This document shows positions 62,205 to 64,000 of a stretch of DNA of 64,000 nucleotides, piece after piece. Source of the DNA: Octopus sinensis (Eukaryota); NCBI RefSeq assembly GCF_006345805.1, contig NW_021832230.1, positions 1 through 64,000 on the forward strand, read 5' to 3'. The notes under the pieces are model-generated. The model saw only the letters and a program-made list of their open reading frames with translations, searched no databases and was not told the origin of the DNA. The translations under genes were made by a program, and so were the position numbers. Within the stretch, counting starts at the first letter, position 1, and the number at the start of each line of letters is the position of its first letter.

Positions 62205-64000
62205 ATGAACATGGAAACAATAACGCTTATTGGTCTGGTCAAATATAGTCCTAATGATTTTTCCGATTCCAAATTCAAGAAAGGACAGTTAATTGTACAT
62301 CAATTTAATCAGAATGACTGGTTTATCAAAATAGTATCAAATACTGACCTCACTGAATGCAATACACAAACTATTAAGGTAGCAATCTTTTTTACTACAG
62401 CCTAATTTTCAGTTAACGAATGAGCTTAAGTCATTCTTTTTTGATATATCGACCTCATCAATATCTTTATATTTTTTCGACGGAGGACACCTAAAGTTTA
62501 TGTCAATGAAATGTGATGACTCTGCAAATGAATCTCTGCAACATTTTGAATCACTGCTTCGTTCGATTGTTGAGGAATATCAAAGTTTGTTTTTCTTATA
62601 TTTTTAACAGAAATTGAAAATTCTTCGAGTGAAGATAGTCCGGTTAGTTACCCTGCTCTCACTGCTCCTACATTTACGAGTATTCCCGAAAATGAGAAAA
62701 ATGAACAAGAAAATCAAAATCATAGTAGTAAAGAATATGGATCTTTAAATACTTATGGTACTTTAAGAGGGTACTTTTGGCATATTTTACATGAAGTTTT
62801 TTTAATCATGGTATTAATTGTTATGCAAATTCTATTTTACAACTTCTTCGTCGATGCAAACATTTTTTGTTATTACTTGAGGAAATATTCAATTTTCCAA
62901 TAGATAAAGGAGAAGAAAAATTGCCTGTTGCATGGTTACGAGTTTTCATTAGTTCTAGGAAACTGTTAAGAGTTTACGAAGAACACGATTCAGATTCGTA
63001 TAATAATTCAGAAGTTATGGCGTTAATAAAACTAATATCTAAAAATTATCCCGTATTTGACATTTACTCCGAAAATGTAGTCAATAATTTTTTAGTTATA
63101 GGATGCTCAAGAATTTTTGAGTTATTTGCTTGATGCCATTGATGAGGAGTTTGAATCTCTCGAAGATAAATCAGGGTTTGAAAATCCTGTGAAAAATAAT
63201 TTTGGGGTCATTATAGAAAAGAGAGTAATTTGTAAAGAGTATTTGCTTCTTTAATTTTTATAAAAGATGTAAGCATTTGGTGTTCAAGAACGAATACTTT
63301 TCAATGCTATCTCTTTACCCTCCTCCCTTAAAGTTTTTATATTATAAAAATTATTATTTTATCAGTAAAGGACTTTATTCTTTGGAACAATTATTACAAT
63401 GGAGCATGAACGATGAAGAAGTGGAATTCACCTGTAGCAAATGTTCTAATCAGTATGTTGATATCAGAATGTCAGTAATTAAATCCCCTCGGTCAGTTTT
63501 ATTTTTCTATTTTTCATAGCTATCTTCTACTTCATGTAAATAGAATTTCCTACGATTGTTCAGAATTTTTACTAGCTAAAAAAGAAGTTCCGATTATAAT
63601 TAATGATCGAATTAAAATTGATTGCAAACAATATGCCATTGCACAAAGTAGTTCAGAATCTCCAATTTCTTCGATTATTGCTGAAATGGATGTAGAATCT
63701 GCTTCAGAAAAATGTGATCAAAAATTAGAATTTAATTCTGTTGATTCAGCTCCCTATTCTGCCAAACGTTTTTGTAATCATCAAAATTCGCATTCAAATA
63801 TGGATGAACTCGAAGCAGTTTAGTTTATCTTATTTTACACCTATAGAAAATATGTAGTAATGAGTATTTATTGTGTTCTATTGTAAATCATTTTGGTATA
63901 TGTCCTGGTTCAGGTTCGTATTACATAGTTATCCCCCAGGACATTATACATGTGATGTCATGATTGAAAGGGACGTATGGTTATCTTGCAATGATTTGTT
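62205..64000 (+). CDS. USP37: Ubiquitin carboxyl-terminal hydrolase, USP26/29/37-like; incomplete at the window end
   Basis: After splicing 62771-62796 (26 nt), the Cys box reads GFFNHGINCYANSILQ. Also DAQEFLSYLLD, zinc-ribbon CSKC, His box GHYTCDV...W..CND, and an N-terminal segment resembling the USP37 PH-like domain. Subfamily assignment is from memory of motifs. Confidence 0.8.

Overview
This is AT-rich eukaryotic DNA in the standard genetic code. It is almost certainly from an animal: it has a PDE4-type phosphodiesterase with UCR2 and an invertebrate-type CLIC. Its spliceosomal introns are extremely short, 22-33 nt in every intron I could delimit, which points to a compact-intron parasite lineage such as a dicyemid, orthonectid or myxozoan. 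That assignment is inference, and I cannot identify the species. Most of the window is repeats and transposons. About 10.6 kb is an 87-nt satellite with higher-order structure (0.9-16 kb), interrupted by a composite Helitron and a MITE. At 22.8-32.4 kb there is a five-level transposon nest: Ginger-like > pogo > hAT > ingi/Vingi-like LINE > Helitron and a foreign RT piece. The window also holds many LINE remnants (CRE-, RTE-, R4-, Vingi- and Jockey/I-like) and hAT fragments. The host genes are PDE4-like, exportin-7-like, CLIC-like, one uncharacterised multi-exon gene and USP37-like (runs off the end). The best leads are: (1) an integrase-type (Ginger-like) TIR transposon with a 26-nt intron, whose termini match a 686-bp MITE carrying a telomere-like (TTAGGG/TCAGGG) array, both with 5-bp TSDs; (2) a LINE with a candidate HDV-like ribozyme followed by a 2A StopGo motif; (3) a two-Helitron composite that moved as one unit; (4) codon-like variation in the satellite. 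There is no CRISPR or other prokaryotic system. Scattered single-base indels (notably 7.2-11.2 kb) suggest unpolished assembly, so individual frameshifts are unreliable.
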